In this document: in pieces, positions 10,972-19,536 of the stretch
How the letters are laid out: every line of letters starts with the position of its first letter
Numbering within the stretch: position 1 is the first letter of the stretch
Origin: Rhizobiaceae bacterium
GTDB taxonomy: Bacteria > Pseudomonadota > Alphaproteobacteria > Rhizobiales > Rhizobiaceae
Reading direction: 5' to 3'
Assembly (NCBI GenBank): GCA_041987205.1
Contig: JBHIWX010000007.1
Location: 5,542 to 69,541, forward strand
Length of the DNA stretch: 64,000 bases
Translations under genes and position numbers: made by a program
The notes under the pieces: model-generated
Database searches by the model: none
What the model was told of the DNA's origin: nothing
What the model saw: only the letters and a program-made list of their open reading frames with translations

Positions 10972-11225
10972 CGCTTCTATCCTTCGAAGTGCCTGTTTCA
11001 TCCGTGGTTCGTCGCCGCCACCCGGCCTTGGCCGGTAATGAAATCGCGGCCAAATCGGCCGCGCGCAACGTCACCCTTCGGGAAAAGTCGGTTGTCTATA
11101 GTGTCGACCGCCCTGCCAGTCAAGCGGGAGAAGGCCGGACATAGGACAGCAAGGCAACAGCGGGTCTACAACTTGACTGCCACCGCGTCGGACCTTTACC
11201 CCTTTTACGTACGAGGATTGTCGCC

Positions 11226-11522
11226 GTGGCCGCCAAACCGCTTCCCAATTTCGTCTCCGGGCTCGACACGCTCGAGTCCGAACTGCTCGCCGAAAAGGCA
11301 AGCGCGCTCGGCCGAGCTGGCGATGCGGCGAGGCGCGCCATGGAGAAACTGCACGCTCATGACGCGCGGGACGAAGTCCGAGAGCGCCTGCTCAAGGCCG
11401 CGGCCCGCGCCGTTCATCACTATTTCATCCAGCGCGAACTGTGCGGACTGCGCCGCCATCACGACGCAATCCGCGATCTTGCCATTCCCCGCGAGGTGCT
11501 GGTGCGCCTCGGCGCAAGCTGA
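11226..11522 (+). CDS. conserved hypothetical protein
   Basis: 98-aa ORF with plausible (non Arg/Pro-biased) composition, GTG start, no motif I can name. Confidence 0.4.
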   Translation: MAAKPLPNFVSGLDTLESELLAEKASALGRAGDAARRAMEKLHAHDARDEVRERLLKAAARAVHHYFIQRELCGLRRHHDAIRDLAIPREVLVRLGAS

Positions 11523-11531
11523 GCGCGACGC

Positions 11532-12068
11532 CTATTTCGGCGCGTCGGCGACGGTGGCGCCCGGCGGCAGGACGCGGAACATGAAGGTCGGCACTTCCTC
11601 GCCGACACCGAACGGTCCCGGCACCTCATGCTTCACCGGCTCGACGCTCTGCAGGAACAGGGCCATGGCCAGCACGTCCTCGTCTGTAAGCTGCGCGATC
11701 GCATGATAGGGCATGATCGGCGCCAGCGTCCGCCCGTCCGGCCGTTCGCCGGTCTTCAGCACGTGAACGATTTCGTCCGTGCTCCAGTTGCCGAGCCCGG
11801 TTTCCTTGTCCGGCGTCAGATTGCGGCCGAGAAAGGCGCCGAGCCCCGGCATCTCGAACGCGACGTCGGAACCGCCGAGATAGCGGTCCATGTCCGGATT
11901 GCCGAGGAAATAGCCGGGCGTGTGGCAATCGGTGCAGCCGCCCGCAATGATCAGATATTTGCCGCGCGCGATCTGCGCCTCGTCGGCCGAGGCCGTGCCG
12001 CCGGTCCATTGCAGACAGATCGTCGCCAGCGCCGCCATCGACGCTGTGCGTAGGACTTTCGAAATCAT
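11532..12068 (-). CDS. cytochrome c family protein (periplasmic, mono-haem)
   Basis: Signal peptide MISKVLRTASMAALATICL and haem-binding CTDCH motif. Trimmed to ATG 12068. Confidence 0.75.
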   Translation of the reverse strand: MISKVLRTASMAALATICLQWTGGTASADEAQIARGKYLIIAGGCTDCHTPGYFLGNPDMDRYLGGSDVAFEMPGLGAFLGRNLTPDKETGLGNWSTDEIVHVLKTGERPDGRTLAPIMPYHAIAQLTDEDVLAMALFLQSVEPVKHEVPGPFGVGEEVPTFMFRVLPPGATVADAPK

Positions 12069-12319
12069 CGGTACCCTCCCTTGAAGTGGATTTCCCTGTC
12101 GACTCGGGCTGCCCCACATCTTCCCGCACCTCGCCATGATCTTCCCCGCCGTGACACTTGGCAAGCGGGATCGGGACCAGATGCGAAGCGCTGCAAGACA
12201 GGCCTGATCGGCTGGTTCAGATTGCGTTCAGGCGCGCGGCGATAGGCATGGCGCAATCGCAGACCGCAATAACGCCTCAATTGGTGCGTGAAACTGCGGC
12301 AAGCAGGGAGACGACCACC

Positions 12320-13144
12320 ATGAAATTCGCCGGAGCAGCCCTTATCGCCTCGCTCGCCGCATGCGCCGGCCTGGCCGCCGCCCTGCCCGCAAGCGCGGAA
12401 ATGACCGAGCACAAGACCGTGTTCGACGTAAAGTTCGGCATTCTCACCATTGGCAAGGCGACCTTCGACATCCGCTTCGACGAGAACAATTATGTCCTCG
12501 GCGCCTCCGGCAAGACGGAGGGCGTCGCCGAGATGGTCGCGCCGGGCTCCGGCGAGGTCGAAAGCAAGGGCCGCATCGGCGAAAACGGCGTCATCGCCGA
12601 AACGCACGAAGTCGTCTTCCACGACAAGTCAAAGAACAAGGACAAGAAGCTCGAGATGAGCTTCCGCGACGGCGAGGTCGAAAGCGTCAAGCTCGACCCC
12701 GACAAGAAGAAAAAGAAGAAGGGCCGGAAATGGGTGCAGATCACGCCGGAGCAATTGCGCTCGGTGATCGATCCGGCCTCCAGCGTGATCGTGCCCGTCG
12801 CCTGGGACCGCGCCAACGACCCAAAGGCCGTCTGCGACCGCGTTCTCAACGTCTATGACGGCGATACGCGCTACGACATCAAGCTCAGATACAAGTCGAC
12901 CAAGCCCATCAAGACCAAGGGGTATCGCGGCTACGCCTATGTCTGCTCGCTGCGCTACATCCCGGTCGCCGGCCACAAGAAAAAGCAGAAGAACGTCGAG
13001 TACATGAGCAACAACAAGGATATGGAGATCTGGCTGGCGCCCATGGCCAAGTCCAATCTCTACACGCCGATCCGCATCGAGGTCCCGACCTGGGTCGGCA
13101 CCTTCTCCGCCATTCCCGACTATTTCGGCGTGGTTTCGCACTGA
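12320..13144 (+). CDS. secreted DUF3108-like protein
   Basis: Signal peptide MKFAGAALIASLAACAGLAAALPASA. Beta-rich body with FDVKFGILTIGKATFD, and an internal poly-Lys tract (DPDKKKKKKGRK). Confidence 0.6.
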   Translation: MKFAGAALIASLAACAGLAAALPASAEMTEHKTVFDVKFGILTIGKATFDIRFDENNYVLGASGKTEGVAEMVAPGSGEVESKGRIGENGVIAETHEVVFHDKSKNKDKKLEMSFRDGEVESVKLDPDKKKKKKGRKWVQITPEQLRSVIDPASSVIVPVAWDRANDPKAVCDRVLNVYDGDTRYDIKLRYKSTKPIKTKGYRGYAYVCSLRYIPVAGHKKKQKNVEYMSNNKDMEIWLAPMAKSNLYTPIRIEVPTWVGTFSAIPDYFGVVSH

Positions 13145-13266
13145 CGCGAAGCCGCCTGCCGCCAACAATGCTGGAAAGCGGCGGCCAATATCGCTAAATG
13201 AGGGGGCGCCGCGCTTCATGCGCGGCACCAACCCCTTCTGCAAACCGGTTCATCTTCCCCGAAAAC

Positions 13267-16200
13267 ATGGCTTCCAGCGTTTCATCCAGACCGTCTGCTG
13301 ACGGGCGCGGCGTCCTTGCCGTCCTGGGGCCCACCAATACGGGCAAGACACACCTCGCCATCGAGCGCATGGTGGCGCATTCGAGCGGCCTGATCGGCCT
13401 GCCGCTGCGCCTGCTCGCCCGCGAGGTCTATGAACGCGTCGCCGAGAAGGTCGGCGCGGCCAATGTCGCGCTGGTCACCGGCGAGGAGCGCATCAACGCC
13501 GACGGCAATGCCCGTTTCACGGTTTCGACCGTCGAGGCCATGCCGGACGAGACCGATGTCGCCTTCGTCGCCATCGACGAGGTGCAGCTCGCCGCCGATC
13601 CCGAGCGCGGCCATGTCTTCACCGACCGGCTGATGAATCTGCGCGGACGCGAGGAGACCATGCTGCTGGGCGCGGCAACCGTGCAGCGCGCGCTGCAGGC
13701 CCTGCTGCCCGGCATCGACGTCATCACGCGGCCCCGCATGTCGATGCTCACCTGGGCCGGCCAGAAGAAGATCACCCGCCTGCCGAGCCGAAGCGCCATC
13801 GTCGCCTTTTCCGCCGACGAGGTCTACGCCATTGCCGAGCTGATCCGCCGCCAGCGCGGCGGTGCCGCCGTGGTGCTGGGTTCGCTCAGCCCGCGCACGC
13901 GAAACGCCCAGGTCCAGCTCTACCAGTCCGGCGATGTCGACTTCCTCGTCGCCACCGACGCGATCGGCATGGGCCTCAATCTCGACCTCGACCATGTCGC
14001 CTTCGCACAGGACCGCAAGTTCGACGGTTTCACCCAGCGCCGGCTCACCCCAGCCGAGATGGGCCAGATCGCCGGTCGCGCCGGACGGCACATCCGCAAC
14101 GGCACTTTCGGCGTCACCGGCCAGGTGCCGCCCTTCGACGACGAACTGGTCGAGCGCCTGGAGACCCATGAGTTCGATCCGGTCCAGGTGCTGATCTGGC
14201 GCAATCGAAACCTGTCCTTTGCCTCGATCGAGGAACTGCGCGCCTCGCTTGAAGCGCCCTCCGACAGCCGGTTGTTGATGAAATCCTTCCCCGCGCCCGA
14301 TCTGGTTGCGCTCTCCAATCTGGCGCGCGACGAGGAAGTCCGGCAATTGTGCGGTGGCGAGACCGACATACGCCTGTTGTGGGATGTCTGTCAGATACCC
14401 GATTACCGCCGGATATCCCCCGGTGAACATGCCGGCCTGCTCGGCAATGTATTCGTCGATATCGCCCGTCATGGACATATCGCCGAGGACTGGTTCGCCA
14501 GACAGGTTTCGATGACGGATCGAACCGATGGCGACATTGATGCGTTGTCTGCCCGGATCGCCCACGTGAGAACGTGGACCTATCTGTCGCACCGGGACGG
14601 TTGGCTGGACGATGCAGCACACTGGCAGGAAGCGACCCGCCAGATCGAGGACAGGCTCTCCGATGCCTTGCATGAGAGCTTGACGAAACGATTCATTGAC
14701 CGCAGGACAAGCGTCCTGATGAAGCGTCTCAGGGAAAACGCGATGCTCGAAGCCGAAATCAGCTCCGGAGGCGACGTGGTGGTCGAGGGCCATCATGTCG
14801 GTCGCCTGATGGGGTTCAGGTTCACTCCCGATGCCTCCGCCTCCGGGCCGGAAGCCAAGGCCGCCACCGGGGCAGCCATGAAGGCGCTCGCTGCCGAGAT
14901 CGACAAACGGGCCGAACGCCTGGGCGCCGCGCCTAATGGCGACATCGCGCTCGGTTCAGACGCGGTGCTGCGCTGGCTAGGCGAACCCGTCGCCAAGCTC
15001 GCCGCCGGCGAGGACATGCTGCGCCCGCGTGTCATCCTGCTGGCCGACGAGCAGCTGACGGGCGCCCCGCGCGACACCGTCGTCGCCCGCCTCGAGCGCT
15101 GGGTCGCGAACAACATCGCCACCCTGCTCAAGCCGCTGGTCGACCTCGCCGCCGACGAGGCGCTGACCGGCATCGCGCGCGGCCTCGCCTTCCGCCTCGT
15201 AGAGGCGCTGGGCACGCTCGACCGCCGCGACGTCGCCGCCGATGTCGGATCGCTCGACCAGAACGCGCGCGCCAGCCTGCGCCGCCATGGCGTGCGCTTC
15301 GGTGCCTACCACATCTTCATTCCGACGCTGCTCAAGCCCGCGCCGACCGCGCTGATCGGCCTCCTGTGGGGCCTGCACCGCAACGATACCGACATACCGG
15401 GCCTGACCGAACTGCCGGCCATGCTGGCCGCCGGTCGGACCTCCTTCCCTTCGGAGCCGAACATCGACCGTGAGGTCTACCGGCTCTGCGGCTTCCGCGT
15501 GCTCGGACCCAGGGCCGTACGCATCGACATCCTGGAGCGCCTGGCCGATCTCATTCGCCCGGCACTCGCCTGGCGCCCGACGTCCGACACGCCGGCGCCC
15601 GACGGTGCCGTCGACGGCCGCGCCTTCGTCGCCACACCGGCCATGCTGTCCATCCTCGGCGCCACGCATGAGGACATGGAGCAGATCCTGAAGGGACTGG
15701 GCTATCGCGGCGAGACAAAGCCAGAGGCCGAAGTGCTCGCCATGCTGCCGAAGGCGGCATCCGGATCATCCGGCGATACGGCTTCGAAGGACACGAGTGA
15801 AGCTGCGACAGCCGAGCCGGCCGCCAAAGCTGGTGAAGACGGTGAAAGCGCGCAGGCGCAGCCCGTCGCGCCGGAAGCTTCGGCCGAACCGGCCGCCGAC
15901 GCCGCACCCGCGCAGGGGGACACCGAAGACACTACGCCACAATCTGCTGACGCGACCGAAACCGCGCAGATGGCAGCAGAACAGCAGGCGACCGAGCCGC
16001 AAGCAGATGCTGCCGCACAGGCTGAGCCGGAGAGCGACACGGAAGCAACCGCCGAGGCCGAGCAGCCGAAAACCATGACGCTCTGGCGACCGGCCCGTCA
16101 TGGCCGGCGCGACGACCGGCCGAACCGCAATGCGTCCGGCCGGCAGCGCCATGGCTCAGCTCAGCAGTCGGGCCAGGCGCCGGACGGACAGGCACGGGAC

Positions 16201-16425
16201 GGCCAGGCACGGGACGGCGGCGATGGTCGCCCCGGCAAGCATGGCCAGCGGCACGGACCGAAGAAGGGCCGGGGCAAGGGCAAGCCCTTCGACAACCGTG
16301 TCGACGGCAAGTCCGGCAAGCGTCCCGGCCACCGTCCCGAGAAGCCTAACCGGGTCGCTGATCCGGATTCGCCCTTCGCCAAGCTGGCCCAGTTGAAGGC
16401 CGATCTCGAAAAGCGGGATGGCTGA
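13267..16425 (+). CDS. Suv3-like ATP-dependent helicase-related protein with long low-complexity C-terminal tail
   Basis: Walker A LGPTNTGKTH, DEVQ box (AIDEVQLAAD), helicase C motifs (VATDAIGMGLNLD, QIAGRAGR). The tail from about 15700 is Ala/Glu/Asp-rich, then Arg/Gly/Lys-rich. Confidence 0.8.
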   Translation: MASSVSSRPSADGRGVLAVLGPTNTGKTHLAIERMVAHSSGLIGLPLRLLAREVYERVAEKVGAANVALVTGEERINADGNARFTVSTVEAMPDETDVAFVAIDEVQLAADPERGHVFTDRLMNLRGREETMLLGAATVQRALQALLPGIDVITRPRMSMLTWAGQKKITRLPSRSAIVAFSADEVYAIAELIRRQRGGAAVVLGSLSPRTRNAQVQLYQSGDVDFLVATDAIGMGLNLDLDHVAFAQDRKFDGFTQRRLTPAEMGQIAGRAGRHIRNGTFGVTGQVPPFDDELVERLETHEFDPVQVLIWRNRNLSFASIEELRASLEAPSDSRLLMKSFPAPDLVALSNLARDEEVRQLCGGETDIRLLWDVCQIPDYRRISPGEHAGLLGNVFVDIARHGHIAEDWFARQVSMTDRTDGDIDALSARIAHVRTWTYLSHRDGWLDDAAHWQEATRQIEDRLSDALHESLTKRFIDRRTSVLMKRLRENAMLEAEISSGGDVVVEGHHVGRLMGFRFTPDASASGPEAKAATGAAMKALAAEIDKRAERLGAAPNGDIALGSDAVLRWLGEPVAKLAAGEDMLRPRVILLADEQLTGAPRDTVVARLERWVANNIATLLKPLVDLAADEALTGIARGLAFRLVEALGTLDRRDVAADVGSLDQNARASLRRHGVRFGAYHIFIPTLLKPAPTALIGLLWGLHRNDTDIPGLTELPAMLAAGRTSFPSEPNIDREVYRLCGFRVLGPRAVRIDILERLADLIRPALAWRPTSDTPAPDGAVDGRAFVATPAMLSILGATHEDMEQILKGLGYRGETKPEAEVLAMLPKAASGSSGDTASKDTSEAATAEPAAKAGEDGESAQAQPVAPEASAEPAADAAPAQGDTEDTTPQSADATETAQMAAEQQATEPQADAAAQAEPESDTEATAEAEQPKTMTLWRPARHGRRDDRPNRNASGRQRHGSAQQSGQAPDGQARDGQARDGGDGRPGKHGQRHGPKKGRGKGKPFDNRVDGKSGKRPGHRPEKPNRVADPDSPFAKLAQLKADLEKRDG

Positions 16426-16822
16426 CGCACCGGCACCCGGGCAAGGCAGCCAGGTCGCCATGCGGCTCGACAAATGGCTGTGGCACGCACGGGTGACGCG
16501 CACGCGAACGCTGGCGAAGAAACTGGTCGAGGCCGGCAAGGTCCGGCTCAACCGGACCAAGGTCCAGTCCGCCAGCCACAACGTGAAGCTCGGCGACGTA
16601 CTGACGATTACGCTGCCGCGCGCCGTGCTCGTCTACGAGATCGCCGGTTTCGCCACACGGCGCGGTCCCTATTCCGAGGCAAGCACGCTCTATGTCGACC
16701 GCAGCCCGCCGGTCGAGAAGGCAGGGTCGGATTCATCCGTGGCGGCGGCGCCGCCCGTTCTGAAGCGCCCGGAAGGCCGCGAACGGCGCAAGGCCCGCCG
16801 CCTCGCCGGCAAACCGGAGTAA
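16418..16822 (+). CDS. RNA-binding S4 domain protein (Hsp15-like)
   Basis: MRLDKWLWHARVTRTRTLAKKLVEAGKVRLN is an S4 motif. ATG 16418 overlaps the helicase stop (ATGGCTGA). An alternative ATG lies at 16460. Confidence 0.8.
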   Translation: MADAPAPGQGSQVAMRLDKWLWHARVTRTRTLAKKLVEAGKVRLNRTKVQSASHNVKLGDVLTITLPRAVLVYEIAGFATRRGPYSEASTLYVDRSPPVEKAGSDSSVAAAPPVLKRPEGRERRKARRLAGKPE

Positions 16823-16924
16823 ACGCTTCCTCTTGGCGCACCCTGCAGGGGTATTTCGTTCTTGAAGCGCCGATGTAAAAGTTTTACCGAACGGACGCGT
16901 TTCGCATCCTCCCCGGAGCCTTGA

Positions 16925-17266
16925 ATGACCTATATCGTCGACGACAAGTGCATCAAATGCAAATACATGGATTGCGTTGAAGTATGCCCGGTGGACTGCT
17001 TCTACGAGGGTGACAACATGCTCGTCATCCATCCGGACGAATGCATCGATTGCGGCGTCTGCGAGCCCGAATGCCCGGCCGAGGCAATCAAGCCCGACAC
17101 CGAGCCCGGCCTCGAGCAATGGCTGAAGATCAACGCCGAATATGCCGAGAAATGGCCCAACATCACGGTCAAGCGCGATCCGCCGGCCGATGCCAAGGAA
17201 TTCGAGGGCGTCGAGGGCAAGTTCGAGAAGTATTTCTCGCCCGAGCCGGGCGAGGGCGACCAGTAG
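16925..17266 (+). CDS. fdxA: 7Fe ferredoxin FdxA
   Basis: [29 protein letters not shown]...[12 protein letters not shown] cluster motifs. Confidence 0.9.
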   Translation: MTYIVDDKCIKCKYMDCVEVCPVDCFYEGDNMLVIHPDECIDCGVCEPECPAEAIKPDTEPGLEQWLKINAEYAEKWPNITVKRDPPADAKEFEGVEGKFEKYFSPEPGEGDQ

Positions 17267-17272
17267 TTGCAG

Positions 17273-17296
17273 CGCCGCGCAACCTCGCGGCGTTTA
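17273..17296 (+). terminator. possible terminator after fdxA
   Basis: 7-bp GC stem CGCCGCG / CGCGGCG with loop CAACCT, followed only by TTTA (weak U tract). Confidence 0.35.
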
Positions 17297-17346
17297 CCCT
17301 GTTGCCAGTCGTTCGCGCCTGCATGGTTCGCACATGCGGGAGGAAA

Positions 17347-17375
17347 TTGATTTTTCCGTAATTTTCCACTATATT
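17347..17375 (+). promoter_or_regulatory. sigma-70-type promoter candidate for a long carD leader
   Basis: TTGATT, a 17-nt spacer, then TATATT (with CTATAT overlapping, the alphaproteobacterial -10 form), in an AT-rich patch about 320 nt upstream of the carD ATG. Confidence 0.4.
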
Positions 17376-17696
17376 ATCGCAATGAATGGAATTCGGTCGT
17401 CAAGAATGGCGTTTTGGCGACTGCGATCAGAGGAATATCACCCTCCCGAATTGGTTACGGCGCGTCGACGGCAAGATATCTTGCCGATGGTCTTCGCTTC
17501 CCATTTTACGGTCTTTGACCGACGGCCGGCAGTTCGGATTCTGAATGAACAACAGCGCGCAATGTCCCCGGCATCCTGAACGGAGTCCGGGGCCGGTCGC
17601 CTTCCGGCCCAATTACGGGCAATCTGGATGGCAGGCATGTGTGCCAAACGGCGAGAGCGCGTCAACGCGGCGGACCAACAGGGAGTACTGTGTACA

Positions 17697-18260
17697 ATGG
17701 CAACGGCAAAAAAGACGACGCAGCGTCACGGTTTCAAGACCGGTGAGTACATCGTCTATCCGGCGCATGGCGTCGGACAGATCACCGCGATCGAGGAACA
17801 GGAAGTGGCCGGCCTCACGCTGGAACTGTTCGTCATCAATTTCGAGCAGGACAAGCTGACCCTTCGCGTCCCGGTCTCCAAGATCGATTCTGCCGGCATG
17901 CGCAAGCTCTCAGAGCCCCAGACCATCGACAAGGCGCTCAAGACCGTCTCCGGCCGCGCGCGCATCAAGCGCACCATGTGGAGCCGCCGCGCCCAGGAAT
18001 ACGAGGCGAAGATCAATTCCGGCGACCTGATCGCGATCTCGGAAGTGGTCCGCGACCTCTACCGCTCGGAAAATCAGCCCGAGCAGTCCTATTCCGAGCG
18101 CCAGCTCTATGAGGCCGCGCTCGACCGCATGGCCCGCGAGATTTCGTCGGTAAACAAGATCTCGACCACCGAAGCCGTCGTGCTGGTGGAGAAGTTCCTG
18201 GCCAAGGGCCCGCGCCGCGGACCCAAGAACGAAGAGGCCGAGCAGGAAGAGGCTGCCTGA
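17697..18260 (+). CDS. carD: CarD/CdnL family transcriptional regulator
   Basis: FKTGEYIVYPAHGVGQITAIEEQEVAGLTLELFVI (RNAP-interacting Tudor-like domain), and LYRSENQPEQSYSERQLYEAALDRMAREI. Trimmed to ATG 17697. Confidence 0.9.
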   Translation: MATAKKTTQRHGFKTGEYIVYPAHGVGQITAIEEQEVAGLTLELFVINFEQDKLTLRVPVSKIDSAGMRKLSEPQTIDKALKTVSGRARIKRTMWSRRAQEYEAKINSGDLIAISEVVRDLYRSENQPEQSYSERQLYEAALDRMAREISSVNKISTTEAVVLVEKFLAKGPRRGPKNEEAEQEEAA

Positions 18261-18308
18261 GGCAATCACCTCCCGGCCCGCATCGGGCCCGGATCAAGCT
18301 TCGAAAAA

Positions 18309-18333
18309 GGCCCGGCCGACGCCGGGCCTTTTT
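18309..18333 (+). terminator. rho-independent terminator after carD
   Basis: 8-bp stem GGCCCGGC / GCCGGGCC, loop CGAC, then TTTTT. An A-run precedes it, so it could act in both directions. Confidence 0.75.
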
Positions 18334-18433
18334 GCGTTTGCGCGAGCGTTCACGTTTTTTTGACGGTGTGTTTTCGTCCCAGGGCGAATTTGTGCCGCCC
18401 TCGATGCGTATATGAATCGGAAAGGGGTTGATC

Positions 18434-19294
18434 ATGGCTTCAAACGGATACGCCGATACCAGAATTATCAAGGCTGCGGTCGCCGCGCCCTATCTGGAGC
18501 GCGACGAGGAGCACGACCTTGCCGTACGCTGGGCCCGCGACAAGGACCAGCAGGCGCTGCACCGCCTTACTCAGGCCCATATGCGGCTGGTGATCTCGAT
18601 CGCCGCGAAGTTCCGCCGCTACGGCCTGCACATGAGCGATCTCATCCAGGAAGGTCATATCGGCCTGCTGGAGGCCGCCGCCCGCTTCGACCCGGAGCGC
18701 GGCGTGCGCTTCTCCACCTATGCCACCTGGTGGATCCGCGCTTCGATCCAGGATCACATCCTGCGCAACTGGTCGATCGTGCGCGGCGGCACGTCCTCGT
18801 CCCAGAAATCGCTGTTCTTCTCGCTGCGCCGCCTGCGCGCGCAAATCCTGAAGAATGGCGAGCCAGCCAATTCGCACGAACTCTACAAGGAACTGGCACA
18901 GGCGATCGGCGTCTCGGTCAACGACGTGGCGACCATGGATTCGCGCCTGTCCGGCCCGGACATGTCGCTCAACGCGCCGCTGACCCAGGAAAGCGATACG
19001 GTTTCCGAGCGGCAGGATTTCCTCGTCGACGACCATCCCCTGCCCGATGAAACGGCGGAAACGGCCATCGACAGCGAGCGCAGGCTGGCCCATCTCGCCA
19101 ACGCCCTGCATGTCCTCAACCCGAGGGAACGCAGGATCATCCAGTCGCGCCGCCTCAACGAGGCAGGCGCCACGCTCGAGCAGCTCGGCTCGGAACTGGG
19201 TATCTCCAAGGAGCGTGTGCGCCAGATCGAGAACCGGGCACTGGAGAAGCTGAAGGAAGCGCTGGCGGCGACCGGCGACTTCGCCATGGCCTGA
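18434..19294 (+). CDS. rpoH: RNA polymerase sigma-32 factor RpoH
   Basis: DLIQEGHIGLLEAAARFDPERGVRFSTYATWWIRASIQDHILRNWSIVR plus the RpoH-box-like GGTSSSQKSLFFSLRRLR. ATG 18434 is preceded by AAAGGGG. Confidence 0.9.
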   Translation: MASNGYADTRIIKAAVAAPYLERDEEHDLAVRWARDKDQQALHRLTQAHMRLVISIAAKFRRYGLHMSDLIQEGHIGLLEAAARFDPERGVRFSTYATWWIRASIQDHILRNWSIVRGGTSSSQKSLFFSLRRLRAQILKNGEPANSHELYKELAQAIGVSVNDVATMDSRLSGPDMSLNAPLTQESDTVSERQDFLVDDHPLPDETAETAIDSERRLAHLANALHVLNPRERRIIQSRRLNEAGATLEQLGSELGISKERVRQIENRALEKLKEALAATGDFAMA

Positions 19295-19437
19295 AACTAA
19301 TCAATCGCGCCGATGAGCGAACGAAATTCCCGTTCGCAACGCTGCCGCAGCACGCCCTCCGTGGCAGGGCAGGCTCTGACGACCCGCCAAGGGCAAGCCT
19401 GTGAACGGACGGTCAGGCGATGCCTGATCGAAATCTG

Positions 19438-19536
19438 GTGCGTTTCAGCTTTGGACCGAATCGAAAAGCGCTGCCTCTCGCATACGCTCGAACGCGCATT
19501 TCGATGCGTCTGTTTCAGACAAAGCCTGAAACGCAC
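19438..19536. repeat. about 99-nt extended imperfect inverted repeat (long hairpin) between convergent rpoH and the M48 protease gene
   Basis: Outer arms GTGCGTTTCAGCTTTG (19438-19453) and CAAAGCCTGAAACGCAC (19520-19536) pair 16 bp with one bulge. Inner arms ATCGAAAAGCGC / GCGCATTTCGAT pair 11 of 12. Confidence 0.5.

Noticed and set aside
16171-16215. Three tandem 15-bp units, considered as a possible regulatory repeat or minisatellite.
   Set aside because: They are in frame inside the helicase tail (GQAPD/GQARD repeats). They are treated as protein low-complexity sequence, not a separate element.
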